Shown here: piece after piece, positions 9,742-17,869 of the stretch
How positions within the stretch are numbered: the first letter of the stretch is position 1
Layout of the letters: the number at the start of each line of letters is the position of its first letter
From: Paracoccus suum
Lineage (GTDB): Bacteria > Pseudomonadota > Alphaproteobacteria > Rhodobacterales > Rhodobacteraceae
Assembly (NCBI RefSeq): GCF_003324675.1
Contig: NZ_CP030918.1
Coordinates: 540,001-572,000 of the forward strand
Direction: 5' to 3'
DNA length: 32,000 bases
Notes under the pieces: model-generated
Database searches by the model: none
Seen by the model: only the letters and a program-made list of their open reading frames with translations
Told to the model about the DNA's origin: nothing
Translations under genes and position numbers: made by a program

Positions 9742-10812
9742 ATGGACGGCGAGAACATCATCGATCCGCGCGATGCGGCCGAGAGCGCGAACCTGACCTA
9801 TGTCAGCGACACCGAGCCGGGGATCACGCGACGCCGCGCGGGCAAGGGCTGGTCCTACCGCGGCCCCAAGGGCCTAATCCGCGACAAAGCTGAACTCGCC
9901 CGCATCCGCAGCCTCGCCATCCCACCCGCCTATACCGATGTCTGGATCTGCACGGATCCGCGCGGCCACATCCAGGCCATCGGCCGCGACGCCAAGGGGC
10001 GCAAGCAGTATCGCTATCACCCCGCCTTTCGCGAAGTCCGCGAAAGCACCAAATACGAGCGCATGCTGGAATTTGCCAAGGCCCTGCCCGGCATCCGCGC
10101 CCGCGTCGACGCCGACATGGCGCGCCGGGGCATGCCGCGCGAAAAGGTCATCGGCGCAGTCGTGCACCTGCTGGAACATACGATGATCCGTGTCGGAAAC
10201 ACCGATTACGCCAAGCAGAACAAGAGCCACGGTTTGACGACCCTGAACGATCGCCATGTGAACATCGACGGAAGCGAGATCCGCTTTCGCTTCAAGGGCA
10301 AGAGCGGCAAGGAATGGAACCTCGGCCTCAGGGATCGACGCGTGGCGCGAATCGTCAAGCAGAGCCAGGACCTGCCCGGCCAGCACCTGTTCCAGTATAT
10401 CGACGACGAGGGCGGGCGGCACGACGTCAGCTCGGGTGACGTCAACGCCTACCTGCGCGAAATCTCGGGCAGCGACATCACCGCAAAGGATTTCCGCACC
10501 TGGACCGGGACGGTCCTCGCGGCGCTGGCACTGGCGGAATACGAGCAAGTGGACAGCCAGGCTGCGGCCAAGCGCAATGTCCGCGACGCGATCGAAAAGG
10601 TCTCGGCGCGCCTCGGCAATACGCCCACGATCTGCCGCAAGTGCTATGTCCACCCGGCCGTGATCGAGAGCTATCTGGAGGAAGGCCTCGCCCCCGACCT
10701 GCGCGACGAGATCGAGGACCAGATCGCCGCCCCCGAGGGTCTGCGTCCGGAGGAGGCGCTCGTGCTGGCCTTCCTGCACCGCCGCCTCGAGGCCGACCAC
10801 AAGAAGGCCTGA
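9742..10812 (+). CDS. DNA topoisomerase IB (poxvirus-like bacterial TopIB)
   Basis: 356 aa. Motifs PPAYTDVWIC, GRDAKGRKQYRYHPAF, FRFKGKSGKEW, TAKDFRTW. The C-terminal CRKCYVHP carries the predicted catalytic Tyr. Confidence 0.85.
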   Translation: MDGENIIDPRDAAESANLTYVSDTEPGITRRRAGKGWSYRGPKGLIRDKAELARIRSLAIPPAYTDVWICTDPRGHIQAIGRDAKGRKQYRYHPAFREVRESTKYERMLEFAKALPGIRARVDADMARRGMPREKVIGAVVHLLEHTMIRVGNTDYAKQNKSHGLTTLNDRHVNIDGSEIRFRFKGKSGKEWNLGLRDRRVARIVKQSQDLPGQHLFQYIDDEGGRHDVSSGDVNAYLREISGSDITAKDFRTWTGTVLAALALAEYEQVDSQAAAKRNVRDAIEKVSARLGNTPTICRKCYVHPAVIESYLEEGLAPDLRDEIEDQIAAPEGLRPEEALVLAFLHRRLEADHKKA

Positions 10813-10821
10813 AGCGCGCCG

Positions 10822-11610
10822 TCAGTCGGCCGCGCGCAGCGTCTCGCTGAAGGTGGTGAAAAGCCCCGCGTTGCAGGCCAGGATCGCGCCCGATTCCACC
10901 GGGCTTTCGCCCTTGCGCAGCCCTTCGACAAAGCCGCCGGCCTCGCGCACCAGAACGACCCCGGCCGCCACGTCATAGGGCTGGATGCCGCGCTCCCAGT
11001 AGCCGTCGAATCGGCCGGCAGCGACATAGGCGAGGTCCAGCGCCGCCGATCCCCAGCGCCGCACGCCGGCGGTGATCGGCGCGATGCGGGCGGTGTCCTT
11101 GAGGAACGCGGGCAGATGGCGCGAGCCGCCGAATGGCACGCCGGTCGCAAACACTGCCTCGATCATGCGGCTGCGGCCCGAGACGCGCAGCCGCTGGTCG
11201 TTCATCCATGCGCCGGCGCCCTTCTCGGCCCAGAACATTTCGTCTTTGGCCGGGTCAAAGACTACGCCGGCGACAATCTCGCCCTTGTGCTCCAGCGCGA
11301 TGCTGACGGCCCAGTGAGGCATGCCGTGCAGAAAGTTGGTCGTCCCGTCCAGCGGATCGACGATCCAGCGCCGCGTCGGATCCTCGCCGGCCTCGGTGCC
11401 GGTTTCCTCGCCCAGCCAGCCATAGGTCGGGCGGGCGCCGCGCAGTTCTTCCTTGATCAGCCGCTCGGCCTCGCGATCGGCGCGGCTGACAAAGTCGCCC
11501 GCGCCCTTGACGCTGACCTGCAGGTTCTCGACCTCGCGAAAGTCCTTGACCAGCCCGCGGCCGGCCTTGCGCGCGGCCTTGATCATCACGTTCATATTGG
11601 CGCTGGGCAT
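10822..11610 (-). CDS. suhB: Inositol monophosphatase family protein (SuhB-like)
   Basis: Motifs WIVDPLDGTTNFLHG and WGSAALDLAYVAAGRFDGYWE. The track start 11631 is a TTG. ATG 11610 (MPSANMNVMIKAARKAG) has AGGAAA 6 nt upstream and matches family N-termini. Confidence 0.85.
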   Translation of the reverse strand: MPSANMNVMIKAARKAGRGLVKDFREVENLQVSVKGAGDFVSRADREAERLIKEELRGARPTYGWLGEETGTEAGEDPTRRWIVDPLDGTTNFLHGMPHWAVSIALEHKGEIVAGVVFDPAKDEMFWAEKGAGAWMNDQRLRVSGRSRMIEAVFATGVPFGGSRHLPAFLKDTARIAPITAGVRRWGSAALDLAYVAAGRFDGYWERGIQPYDVAAGVVLVREAGGFVEGLRKGESPVESGAILACNAGLFTTFSETLRAAD

Positions 11611-11752
11611 GGCGGTTTCCTGTGCGGACAAGCGGTGTGTTTAGGCTGGAGGAAAAGGGAAGTGAAGACCAACAAGATGTTCACTTTTCGTACCGGCCCT
11701 TCCCTGCTATATGTTGAGCGACGCGAGTCGCTTACCACATCAGGAGGTAGCT

Positions 11753-11947
11753 ATGGCGAAAATGCATCGCAGCGCATCTAGTGGGCGCTTTGTCAAGGCC
11801 AGCACGGCTGCTCGACATCCCAGCAGGACAGTCAGCGAAAGGCGCGGAGGGAGGGCTACCGGAAGGAGCCGAAGCGCCTCGACGGGAAGGTTTGTGACCA
11901 AGGCCTACGCCCGAAGGAATCCTAGTACGACCGTAACGGAGAGCTAA
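11753..11947 (+). CDS. Hypothetical 64-aa highly basic protein made of two diverged ~21-aa repeats
   Basis: ATG 11753 is preceded by a strong AGGAGG at 11742-11747, with 5 nt between them. Repeat 1 is SGRFVKASTAARHPSRTVSE and repeat 2 is TGRFVTKAYARRNPSTTVTE. The copies keep the amino acids but use different synonymous codons, which argues for real coding. Rare codons for this genome (AGG, CGA, GGA, AGT, GTA). No family recognised. Confidence 0.55.
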   Translation: MAKMHRSASSGRFVKASTAARHPSRTVSERRGGRATGRSRSASTGRFVTKAYARRNPSTTVTES

Positions 11948-12852
11948 TCAGAACTCTGTAGCTGCAAGGAGTCGGTCCGGGCGAGGCGCAGGAAATGGGC
12001 CATATAGGGCAAGGCCAACGCCTCAGTGCGCAGTGCCGCGTACATCCGGCGTCGCAGGCCAGTACGGGTCATCGGCAGAAAGGCAAGCTCCGGGTTCGCG
12101 GCCTCGCGCCGCACCACCCAGTCGGGCATTACCGTCACCCCGCGCCCGGCGGCGACCAGCATCAGGGCAACCGCCGTCTGCTCGACTTCACGCAGCGCCG
12201 CGGGCTCTACCTTGGCCGGGGTCAGCAGGTGCGAGAAAATGTCCAGGCGCGCCCGGTCCATGGGATAGTGGATCAGCGTCAGGTCGGCGAAATCAGCCGC
12301 CTCGGCATAGCCCTTGGCCACCAGGGGATGACCGGCGGGCACAACAAGCGTCGGCGCGTAATCGAACAGGGGCTGGTAGGTGATCCCCTCCAGCGGCTCG
12401 GGGTCCGAGGTGATGACAAGATCCGCCGTCTCGCGCACCAGCGCCGGCAGCGCCTGGAAGGCCAGCCCCGCGCGGATGTCGATGTCCACGTCCGGCCAGT
12501 TGCGGCGAAAGCGGTCCATGACGGGCAGCAACCAGTCAAAGCAGGCGTGACATTCCATCGCGACATGCAACCGTCCGGCACGACCCTTTTCGACATCGCG
12601 AAACTCGGCCTCGGCATTGGCGATCAGCGGCAGCACCGCCTCGGCCGTGCGCAAAAGCCGCAATCCGGCCGCCGTTAGCCGCAGGGGCCTGGCCCGCCGC
12701 ACCACCAGCGGCACGCCTGCTTGCGCTTCCATCGCCTTCAGCTGATGGCTCAGCGCCGACTGGGTCAGGTTCAACACCTCTGCCGCCCGGCCAAGGCCGC
12801 CATGCTCGTGAATCGCGGCAATGGTGCGCAGGTGGCGCAGATCGAGGTGCAT
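11944..12852 (-). CDS. metR: LysR-family transcriptional regulator, MetR-like
   Basis: 302 aa. N-terminal wHTH LRHLRTIAAIHEHGGLGRAAEVLNLTQSALSHQLKAME. It is divergent from metF, the classic MetR context. Confidence 0.75.
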   Translation of the reverse strand: MHLDLRHLRTIAAIHEHGGLGRAAEVLNLTQSALSHQLKAMEAQAGVPLVVRRARPLRLTAAGLRLLRTAEAVLPLIANAEAEFRDVEKGRAGRLHVAMECHACFDWLLPVMDRFRRNWPDVDIDIRAGLAFQALPALVRETADLVITSDPEPLEGITYQPLFDYAPTLVVPAGHPLVAKGYAEAADFADLTLIHYPMDRARLDIFSHLLTPAKVEPAALREVEQTAVALMLVAAGRGVTVMPDWVVRREAANPELAFLPMTRTGLRRRMYAALRTEALALPYMAHFLRLARTDSLQLQSSD

Positions 12853-12858
12853 GAGCGT

Positions 12859-12879
12859 TACTCATGAAAGGGTTGAGTA
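12859..12879. promoter_or_regulatory. Inverted repeat TACTCA-N9-TGAGTA in the metR/metF divergent region (candidate LysR/MetR operator)
   Basis: Read from the sequence. It contains TGAA-N5-TGAG, which resembles the enterobacterial MetR half-site pattern TGAA-N5-TTCA. It lies in the 85-bp gap between the two start codons. Confidence 0.35.
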
Positions 12880-12937
12880 CGTCGCGTTTGTCTCATGCTC
12901 GTCTTTGCGGCACAACGACCCGTCCAAGGAGTCCGCC

Positions 12938-13807
12938 ATGTCCCCGCGCCCGCGCCTCAGCTTCGAGTTCTTTCCGCCCAAATCCCTCGACGGGGCCTTT
13001 CGCCTGTCCGAGGCGGCGCGGATGCTGGCGCCTTACAAGCCGGGATTCGTGTCGGTGACCTACGGCGCCGGCGGCACGACCCGGCAGTTGACGCATGAGG
13101 CGGTGACCGCCATCGGAACGCATTACGGCCTGAACGTCGCCGCCCACCTGACCTGCGTCGAGGCAACGCGGGACGAGACACTGGCCATCGTCGACAGCTA
13201 CGCCAAAGAGGGCGTGCGCGAGATCGTCGCCCTGCGCGGCGACATGCCCGGCGGCGGCCCCTTTGTGGCCCATCCCGACGGCTTTTCCGGCAGCGTCGAT
13301 CTGATCGAGGCGATCGCCGCGCGCGGCGACATGACGATCCGCGTCGGCGCCTACCCGGAGCCGCATCCCGACAGCCAGGGCACTGCCGCCGACATCGCCT
13401 GGCTCAAGCGCAAGATCGAGGCGGGCGCGACCTCGGCCATCACGCAGTTCTTCTTTGATGCCGACACCTTCTTTCGTTTTCGCGATGCTTGCGCCGCAGC
13501 AGGGGTCGATGCGCCCATCGTGCCGGGCATCCTGCCGATCCAGTCCTGGGATGGGGCCAAGCGCTTTGCCGCGCGCTGCGGTACCTCCGTTCCGGAGGGC
13601 CTCGATGAGGCCTTCACTGCCGCCAAGGCCGAGGGCCGCGAGCAGGACCTGGCCGCCGACATCTGCGCCGACCTTTGCCGCCGTCTGGGCGACGGCGGTG
13701 TGCAGGACCTGCATTTCTATACGCTGAACCGGCCAGAGATGACCCGCGCCGTACTGGACCGGCTCGGCATCCCGCCGGAGGGCGATGCCCTCGCGGCGGT
13801 GGCCTGA
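12938..13807 (+). CDS. metF: 5,10-methylenetetrahydrofolate reductase
   Basis: The track ORF starts at 12821. ATG 12938 follows AAGGAG and gives MSPRPRLSFEFFPPKS. Also VSVTYGAGGTTR and ITQFFFD. Confidence 0.9.
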   Translation: MSPRPRLSFEFFPPKSLDGAFRLSEAARMLAPYKPGFVSVTYGAGGTTRQLTHEAVTAIGTHYGLNVAAHLTCVEATRDETLAIVDSYAKEGVREIVALRGDMPGGGPFVAHPDGFSGSVDLIEAIAARGDMTIRVGAYPEPHPDSQGTAADIAWLKRKIEAGATSAITQFFFDADTFFRFRDACAAAGVDAPIVPGILPIQSWDGAKRFAARCGTSVPEGLDEAFTAAKAEGREQDLAADICADLCRRLGDGGVQDLHFYTLNRPEMTRAVLDRLGIPPEGDALAAVA

Positions 13808-13855
13808 TACCTCAGGTTCGCACCCGGGCCATGGGCGCCCCGGCGCGAACGCGGT

Positions 13856-14998
13856 TCAGCTCAGTGACATCGCGGTAAGGTGCTGCATGTCGCCAAAGCC
13901 GTTGAAGCGGGTGTTGGTTACCACGGAATAGGCGCCGGCGCCGTGCCAGACGAGGTAATCGCCTTCGGCCATGTCCTCGGGCAACGCGATCTCGCCAGGC
14001 AGCCGGTCAACCGAATCGCAGGTCGGGCCGAACACTGGGCGCGGCACCGCGGGCTCGCCGCGCGGGGTGCCGTCGGGCGCAAGGATCTGCAGCCGGTCGA
14101 GGTTGCCGATCAACGGCAGCTCGGTCAGGCCGCCGTAGACGCCGTCGTTCAGGAACACCGAACCGCCGTCGCGGATCGCCTTGATCCGGGTCACAAGCGA
14201 AAAAGCATCGGCGCAGAGGCCGCGGCCCGGCTCGCACACCAGCGCGGGGGCGTCCGTGCCGAACGCCTCGGCCGTCGTCTCGCCGATGCGGGCGAAGATC
14301 GCGTCGAGGTCCGGCTCGATCCCGTGGACCCGCCACGAGGGAAAGCCGCCGCCGACGTTCAGCCGTTTGGGCCGCACGCCTGCCATCTGGGCAATCTCGG
14401 CGGCCGTGCGGATATAGGTCTCCCAGGCCGACGGATCGACGCATTGCGTGCCCGGATGGAAGGTCAGCGAGGCAACATGGCCGCGGTCCGCGACAGCGCG
14501 CAGCAACTCGGCCGCAAGCTCGGGCGAGGCGCCGAACTTGGCGCCGAAATCATAGGCTGCACCCGCGACTGGCAGCTTGAAGCGGGGCGAAATCTCGACC
14601 CCGTCCGTCGGCACCTTCGCGAACAGTTTGTCGAGTTCGGTCCGGCTGTCGACCGACCACGAAGTGATCCCGGCGGCGACAGCAAGTTCGATCTCCGCCT
14701 GGCTGCGGACCGGATTGTGGTAGTGGCGCGCGGCTCCGGGGGCGAGGCGGCCGATCAGGTCGATCTCGAAGGGCGAGGCGACGTCAAAGCCGGAGATGCC
14801 GGCAGCAACCAGGTTCTGGATCACCGCCTCGCCCGGATTCGACTTGACGGCATAGGTCACAAGGCCCGGAAAGCCCTCAAGGAATCGGCGCGCGGCGTCT
14901 TGCAGAACGGTCGGCGCGAAAACCATGACCGGATCTTCGGGCCGCAGGCTGCGGATGATATCAGCCGGATTCCTCCAGACGGTCTTCCTGTCGTCCAT
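13856..14998 (-). CDS. Group IV (alanine-racemase fold) PLP-dependent decarboxylase, ornithine/lysine decarboxylase-like
   Basis: 380 aa. YAVKSNP (PLP lysine), LNVGGGFP, CEPGRGL, GPTCDSVD. Substrate not determinable by eye. Confidence 0.8.
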   Translation of the reverse strand: MDDRKTVWRNPADIIRSLRPEDPVMVFAPTVLQDAARRFLEGFPGLVTYAVKSNPGEAVIQNLVAAGISGFDVASPFEIDLIGRLAPGAARHYHNPVRSQAEIELAVAAGITSWSVDSRTELDKLFAKVPTDGVEISPRFKLPVAGAAYDFGAKFGASPELAAELLRAVADRGHVASLTFHPGTQCVDPSAWETYIRTAAEIAQMAGVRPKRLNVGGGFPSWRVHGIEPDLDAIFARIGETTAEAFGTDAPALVCEPGRGLCADAFSLVTRIKAIRDGGSVFLNDGVYGGLTELPLIGNLDRLQILAPDGTPRGEPAVPRPVFGPTCDSVDRLPGEIALPEDMAEGDYLVWHGAGAYSVVTNTRFNGFGDMQHLTAMSLS

Positions 14999-15064
14999 GC
15001 GTCATGCCCTTTCGTACGGCGCCTGCGGTCTTTGAACCGGAAAGATGCGCGCTATGGGTTACCG

Positions 15065-15078
15065 TTTCATCAATGAAA
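15065..15078. promoter_or_regulatory. AT-rich palindrome TTTCAT-CA-ATGAAA in the decarboxylase/Lrp divergent region (candidate Lrp/AsnC site)
   Basis: Read from the sequence. It is an AT-rich dyad in an otherwise GC-rich genome, between divergent starts. Confidence 0.3.
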
Positions 15079-15142
15079 AGGGTGGAATAGCGCGACAAGA
15101 CGGTTAAACTGCCGAAACGCGCGTCAGTTCGACAGGTGAGCT

Positions 15143-15574
15143 TTGGATGACCTAGACCGGCGCATTCTCGCGCAACTTGGGCAGGATGCCCGTATTTCCG
15201 TTGCGGTGCTGGCGCGGCGGCTGAAGGTTGCGCGCTCGACTGTGCAGGCGCGGCTGGAAAAGCTGGAAACAGGCGGGCTGATTGCCGGCTACACCGTTCG
15301 CCTGGGAGAGGCAGCGCGCGAGGGCCGGATCCGCGCGACCATCCTGCTGACGGTCGAGCCGCGCGCGCAGGTCGCGATCCTCCCCAAGCTGAAAGCCTTC
15401 CCCGAGGTCGAGCGCATCCACACCACCAGTGGCCGGGTGGACCTGTTGTTGCAACTCGCGGCCGCTTCCACCAGCCAACTGGATGATGTGCTGGACCAGA
15501 TCGGCGGTCTGCAGGGCGTGCGCAGCAGCGAGAGCCTGATTCACCTGTCAACCAAGCTGGACCGCGCCGTCTGA
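15143..15574 (+). CDS. Lrp/AsnC family transcriptional regulator
   Basis: 143 aa with a TTG start. LDRRILAQLGQDARISVAVLARRLKVARSTVQARLEKLE (HTH) plus a C-terminal RAM/AsnC-type domain. Confidence 0.85.
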   Translation: MDDLDRRILAQLGQDARISVAVLARRLKVARSTVQARLEKLETGGLIAGYTVRLGEAAREGRIRATILLTVEPRAQVAILPKLKAFPEVERIHTTSGRVDLLLQLAAASTSQLDDVLDQIGGLQGVRSSESLIHLSTKLDRAV

Positions 15575-15584
15575 CGAACGCGCC

Positions 15585-16241
15585 TCAGCGGGTGTCGAGG
15601 CTGAACTGGTCGACGAAGCGCTGCGCCTGCGCCAGATCGCCGGTGACGCTGATTGCGCCGACGGCGGCCATTTCGGCCAGCGGGCGCGGGCCGTAGACGG
15701 CAATCGCCATGGCGCCGGGCGCGCCCGTCAGTAGCAGCGGCCTTTGCGGCGGGTCGGCGCGCACGACTTCGTAACGCCCGTCCCGGATGCTGGCGACGAA
15801 TCCTTCCTCGCCAAGCTGGAATCCCGCCTCCATCGGCAGCGCATCCGCGGCCTGGCGCCGCAACTGCGCGCGCATCGAGAGCATCAGCGAGGCCGGGCTG
15901 ATCGGCAGGCGCGGATCATGCCCCGGCATCGAGGCGCCCCAGCGGCAGAGCGCATCCATCACCGGTGTCAGGCCGTGGCCGGCGGGCGTCAGCGCATAGA
16001 CCGCAACGCCCGACGGGGGCGGCAGCACCTGGCGACTGATCACGCCGCCCGCCTCCAGCCCTTCCAGCCGGGCGGTCAGCATGTTGGTGGCGATGCCAGC
16101 GATATTGGCCGCAAGCGACCGGAACCGGCGCGGCCCCAGCATCAACTCGCGGACGATCAGCAGCGCCCAGCGATCGCCGATCAGGTCCAGCGCATGGGCA
16201 GCCAGACACCCTTGCTGATAACTGCGCCTCGGCTTTGCCAT
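15585..16241 (-). CDS. HxlR-type (MarR-like) winged-helix regulator with a C-terminal extension
   Basis: 218 aa. The HxlR signature is CLAAHALDLIGDRWALLIVRELMLGPRRFRSL...MLTARLEGLEAGGVISR. About 100 further residues are of unknown fold. Confidence 0.8.
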   Translation of the reverse strand: MAKPRRSYQQGCLAAHALDLIGDRWALLIVRELMLGPRRFRSLAANIAGIATNMLTARLEGLEAGGVISRQVLPPPSGVAVYALTPAGHGLTPVMDALCRWGASMPGHDPRLPISPASLMLSMRAQLRRQAADALPMEAGFQLGEEGFVASIRDGRYEVVRADPPQRPLLLTGAPGAMAIAVYGPRPLAEMAAVGAISVTGDLAQAQRFVDQFSLDTR

Positions 16242-16259
16242 GATCCATTCTCCGCCTGT

Positions 16260-16297
16260 ACTTGCATATTACAATTTCTTAGTTGCATTTTGCAAGT
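16260..16297. promoter_or_regulatory. Divergent promoter/operator region: inverted repeat ACTTGCA-N24-TGCAAGT enclosing a sigma70-like promoter for hxlR
   Basis: Inverted-repeat arms at 16260-16266 and 16291-16297. On the minus strand, TTGCAA (16290-16295) is followed by a 16-nt spacer and TGTAAT (16268-16273). This is the most AT-rich stretch I noticed in the window. Confidence 0.4.
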
Positions 16298-16340
16298 GAA
16301 GCTCGCAGGCTTGCCCAACAAGTGAAGGGGAGGATTGAAA

Positions 16341-17054
16341 GTGACTTATTACACTGGCTCCGTCTGCGCGGTTCCCAAGGCGAATCGGCAGGCCTACCTC
16401 GACCACGCCACGGCCGCCTGGCCCTATTTCCAGAAGGCCGGCGCAACGCGCATGGTCGAAACCTGGGGCGAGGATATTCCGCCCGGCAAACAAACCGACT
16501 TTGCCCGCGCCGTCGCCGCCAAGGATGACGAGACTGTCGTGTTCTCGTGGATTGAATGGCCCGACCGCGCCACCGCCGACAAGGCGTGGTCGCAGGTGGA
16601 CCCGACGGGCATGCCCGAGATGCCGTTCGACGGCAAACGCATGATCTTTGGCGGGTTTTCCCCGCTCACCAGCGAGGGCACCGACCGCGGCGCGGGTTGG
16701 CTGCAGGGCTTTATCGTCCCCGTCCCGACCGCGAAGCGCGATGCCTATGCCAAGGTGGCCGAGGACGCCTGGGGCAACATGTTCCAGCCCAAAGGCTGCC
16801 TCGGCGTCGTTGAGACATGGGCGCAGGATGTGCCGCACGGGAAACAGACCGACTTTTACCGCGCCATTGAGGCCAGGGACGACGAGACGGTCGTCTTTTC
16901 CTGGATGACCTGGCCCGACCGTCCCACCTGCGAGGCCGCCGGCAAGGCGATGGAGAAAGAGATGGCGGACAAGCCGATGCCCGACATGCCCTTCGACGGG
17001 GCCCGCATGGTCTACGGCGGCTTTGCCCCGCTGTTCGATTCCGCCAAAAACTGA
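16341..17054 (+). CDS. Tandem-duplicated DUF1428 (YbaA-like) protein
   Basis: GTG 16341 lies 7 nt after GGAGG and gives MTYYTGSVCAVPKANRQAY, typical of DUF1428 N-termini. The second copy starts near GWLQGFIVPVPTAKRDAY. Both copies end with MPFDG(K/A)RM(I/V)(F/Y)GGF. Confidence 0.75.
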   Translation: MTYYTGSVCAVPKANRQAYLDHATAAWPYFQKAGATRMVETWGEDIPPGKQTDFARAVAAKDDETVVFSWIEWPDRATADKAWSQVDPTGMPEMPFDGKRMIFGGFSPLTSEGTDRGAGWLQGFIVPVPTAKRDAYAKVAEDAWGNMFQPKGCLGVVETWAQDVPHGKQTDFYRAIEARDDETVVFSWMTWPDRPTCEAAGKAMEKEMADKPMPDMPFDGARMVYGGFAPLFDSAKN

Positions 17055-17062
17055 GGTCCATC

Positions 17063-17869
17063 ATGACGAGCTTTCAAGGCAACCCCTGCTGGTACGAACT
17101 GGGCACCACCGACCTGGATGGCGCGCAGCGGTTTTATGCCGGCGCCCTCGACTGGCAGATCGCCCGCGCCCCGATGGAGGGGTTCGACTACCGCCTCGCC
17201 AGCGCCGGCGGCGACATGGTCGCGGGCATGATGTCCACCGAAGGCCAGGCGGGCGCCCCGCCGACAAACTGGCTGATCTACTTCGCGACCGACGATTGTG
17301 ACGCCACCGCGGCGGCCATCACCGCGGCCGGCGGCTCGATCCTGAAGCCGCCAGCCGATATACCCGGCACCGGCCGCTTTGCCGTCGCCACCGACCCGCA
17401 GGGCGCAGTGTTCGGCATCCTGCAGCCGGACATGTCCAGAATGTCCCCGGAGGACCGCGCCAAGGCCGAGGCCGGCGGCGGCGCCTTTGACCAGTCCAAG
17501 GCCGGCCACGGCAACTGGAACGAGTTGATGTCGACCGACCCGGCAGCGGCATTCGACTTCTATTCCGGGCTCTTCGGCTGGACCAAGAGCCAGGCGATGG
17601 ACATGGGCGCCATGGGCACTTACCAGCTGATCGCCCACAAGGGGCGGGACATCGGCGCAATGATGGGCCTCGGCTCGGCCCCGATGCCGACCTGGCTGCC
17701 CTATTTCGGCGCCAACGGCATCGACGCCGCGATCAGCCGCATCACCGATGGCGGCGGCAAGCTGCATCGCGGCCCCATAGAGGTTCCCGGCGGCGCCTAC
17801 ATCGCCGTCGCGACTGACCCCCAGGGCGGCTGGTTCGCCGTCGTCGGCCCGCGCGACGTGACGAAATGA
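17063..17869 (+). CDS. Two-domain VOC (glyoxalase/bleomycin-resistance fold) protein
   Basis: 268 aa. Both halves start with a (W)xEL motif followed by the fold core, and each ends in G(T/G)xxAVATDPQG(A/G). Typical of uncharacterised VOC proteins. Confidence 0.75.
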   Translation: MTSFQGNPCWYELGTTDLDGAQRFYAGALDWQIARAPMEGFDYRLASAGGDMVAGMMSTEGQAGAPPTNWLIYFATDDCDATAAAITAAGGSILKPPADIPGTGRFAVATDPQGAVFGILQPDMSRMSPEDRAKAEAGGGAFDQSKAGHGNWNELMSTDPAAAFDFYSGLFGWTKSQAMDMGAMGTYQLIAHKGRDIGAMMGLGSAPMPTWLPYFGANGIDAAISRITDGGGKLHRGPIEVPGGAYIAVATDPQGGWFAVVGPRDVTK

